A DNA stretch of 27,714 bases, from assembly GCA_027340875.1 (NCBI GenBank), contig DAIENX010000074.1:1-27714 (forward strand). Direction: 5' to 3'. Source of the DNA: Elusimicrobiota bacterium. GTDB lineage: Bacteria > Elusimicrobiota > Elusimicrobia > Elusimicrobiales > UBA9959. Below are positions 27,701 to 27,714 of the stretch, one piece after another. Numbering within the stretch: the first letter of the stretch is position 1; each line of letters begins with the position of its first letter. Under the pieces are notes generated by a model that saw only the letters and a list, made by a program, of their open reading frames with translations, did not search any database and had not been told where the DNA came from. Made by a program: the position numbers and the translations under genes.

Positions 27701-27714
27701 AGACACCGTAAAGC
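21780..27714 (+). CDS. Pfa-like multidomain type I PKS/FAS, KS1-AT-KS2-ACPx>=4; 3' end lies outside the window
   Basis: Read by hand from ATG 21780 (SD GAGG) with no in-frame stop. KS1 has DAACASS (Cys 22413), EAHGT (His 22815), KSQIGH (His 22932) and SFGFGGTN. AT has FPGQGSQ, GHSLG (Ser 23877) and HAFH (24183). KS2 has AACSS (Cys 25512), SHET (His 25956) and KGFTGH (His 26076). ACP repeats start at 26562. Confidence 0.95.
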   Translation, partial: MNNEKIAIVGIGVIAPKALNKDQFWKNVTEGRNCIGEVPADRWDWKLYYSEDHKAADKTYSKIGGFIEGFKFDSIKYKIPPQSAAQISRLQQMTIEAVRMALEDSGYDKKPFDSKRTAAVIGNAMGAMRKEMTDMRVYKFYNEDLLAKSAAFSALPSDKKAQIIKDYEAGLDRDIVRITEDTMPGELSNVTAGRIANIFNFNGPNMTMDAACASSMAALDYAVLGLRAGKFDMAVAGGADEMMSAPAFVKFCKIGALSADGSYSFDERANGFVMAEAVAVYVLKRLSDAQRDGDRIYALVNAVGASSDGKGKGITAPNPKGQKMAIENAFTEVDYGPGDVDFVEAHGTATKVGDATEVGVLKEVFGPHMAGKKLGLTAVKSQIGHAKAAAGAVSIAKTALAIYNKTLPTSINCVKLNPGIDTGLFRVITKAEPWSKDGIRRADVSSFGFGGTNFHVLMEEYTGPNHPRYAKAGAAAEAPAASVEVVENPRAPFANLQGEAVTFTGNTPEDVITNAKNEAAAVFSKWPESYPMAVYAQPSMTKAKGPWGVSIVAKSPKDLAEKIEFMAKNGKAETWSEPPLNFKLKGVYTFKTAANTAKVGLLFPGQGSQYVDMMRDLAAKYQVVQATFDEADVILEKMIGVRLTEAIWSKPGEGKEELAKREAAIKQTQLTQPSMMTADIAMYRLFRELGIVPDMAIGHSLGEYAAATAAGIFTFENGLRAVTSRAKEMSSVKVADPGKMASVALGSDKVDVELKKIGGYVICANKNCPLQTVIAGEARSVEQAVQHFKAMGIEAGEIPVSHAFHSQIVAPAMGPYRKFLENIPIKTADMKILSNVTADFFPTDTQGIYDMLIKQMTSPVEFIKQLERMYTEGVRTFIECGPKRVLSAFATATLKDKKDITVLASNHPKRGGITELNDLLANMTALGIPVNWDGKAPRQGGKFFNPYYQNWALKATGKASSAPVSVQGPSATLPADKAAFAELYGFNFNPIGVSGIAGGTPGTWDKLFREKNLDEILAGKNMIEPIPGEWRTKQIEKNIIRVVKSPTGGGSIEKIDTVDQAIKLSARKGQLDIQAEFGLPNTVAKALDSTFKMAIGAGVLALKDAGLPLIHYYKKTTTGSYLPEKWALPEPVASETGVIFASAFPVMESLLKEVTHYFNHKYAGKTAEQLWEVYHRIVDKLPSEADKAGLRAWLQKEFAGYTPGEGKDPYSFSQNFLLKVIPIADSQFAQWVGAKGPTIHLSAACSSTTQSVHVAESWIRAGKCKRVVVIGGDDITNEVIQEWTLPGFLASGTATTKENVSEAALPFDRRRHGLIVGSGAVALVIEDETLTRGRGMKPLARLLLTEAANSAFHATRLDVNHVASIMSGFLGKIERIYGLKREEMAPYTMFMSHETYTPARGGSASAEVRALKAAFGPSAEKVIVSNVKGFTGHTMGASLEDAVAIRALNTGIIPPIANYKEPDPDLAGINLSKGGHYDLKYALRFAAGFGSHMGMSMTERVWKEGESRYEDQGRYNAWLREVSGDPAAELEVVFNTLRVKDKKTAGKPPAMPPVKEPVAVAAATKPAPAAAVQAAARPVPAPAPATKQASGLTEDAVRENILAMITEKTGYPREMLELDLDMEADLGIDTVKQAELFAAIREHYDIPRRDNVSLKDYPTIRHCIKFVLDAKGGAAPAAKAAPVQAAPAPAPVVHAPPAAAPAAGGVSADAVRENILSMITEKTGYPHEMLELDLDMEADLGIDTVKQAELFAAIREHYDIPRRDNVSLKDYPTIRHCIKFVLDAKGGAAPVAATPAQTAAPVVQAAPAPVAAPAPAAAPAAGGVSADAVRENILSMITEKTGYPREMLELDLDMEADLGIDTVKQAELFAAIREHYDIPRRDNVSLKDYPTIRHCIKFVLESKGGAAPAGAQAPAQAVVTAPAPVQAAPAVAPAAGGVAEDAVRENILAMITEKTGYPREMLELDLDMEADLGIDTVK
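26562..27714 (+). repeat. Tandem near-identical ACP-coding repeats with Ala/Pro linkers
   Basis: Units 26562-26786, 26904-27128, 27258-27482 and 27600->27714; periods 342, 354 and 342 nt. Confidence 0.95.

Noticed and set aside
26562..27714. Regular repeats as a possible CRISPR array
   Set aside because: The units are about 225 nt, in-frame and encode ACP domains; no cas genes in the window

Overview
High-GC bacterial window, tentatively Elusimicrobiota-like (inference from gene content and frequent ATA Ile codons; not verified). Most of 1-19.8 kb is housekeeping DNA on the - strand: rpsP-khpA-trmD-rplS-rnhB-yraN (no rimM) followed by punA-pdp-upp, and def-fmt-PASTA protein-rpe-receiver protein. 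It also holds a KimA/YdaO-like transporter next to a PTS EIIA-like gene, a small + strand sugar kinase/suhB/TPR operon, a PorV-like barrel fused to a CsgG-like domain, an MBL hydrolase and cydAB. From 19.9 kb the + strand carries a GT-C glycosyltransferase and a giant Pfa-like type I PKS/FAS (21780 to past the window end, >1970 codons). The ORF track misses this gene because it has no stop codon in the window. Its architecture is KS-AT-KS-ACP(x>=4). Both KS domains keep a Cys-His-His triad, and every ACP has Thr instead of the phosphopantetheine-carrying Ser (LGIDTVK versus PfaA LGIDSIK). This is the best candidate for an undescribed system. Intergenic regions contain a CTAG-flanked MITE, a shorter relative of it with compensatory base changes, and a large strand-asymmetric structured element between cydA and cydB.
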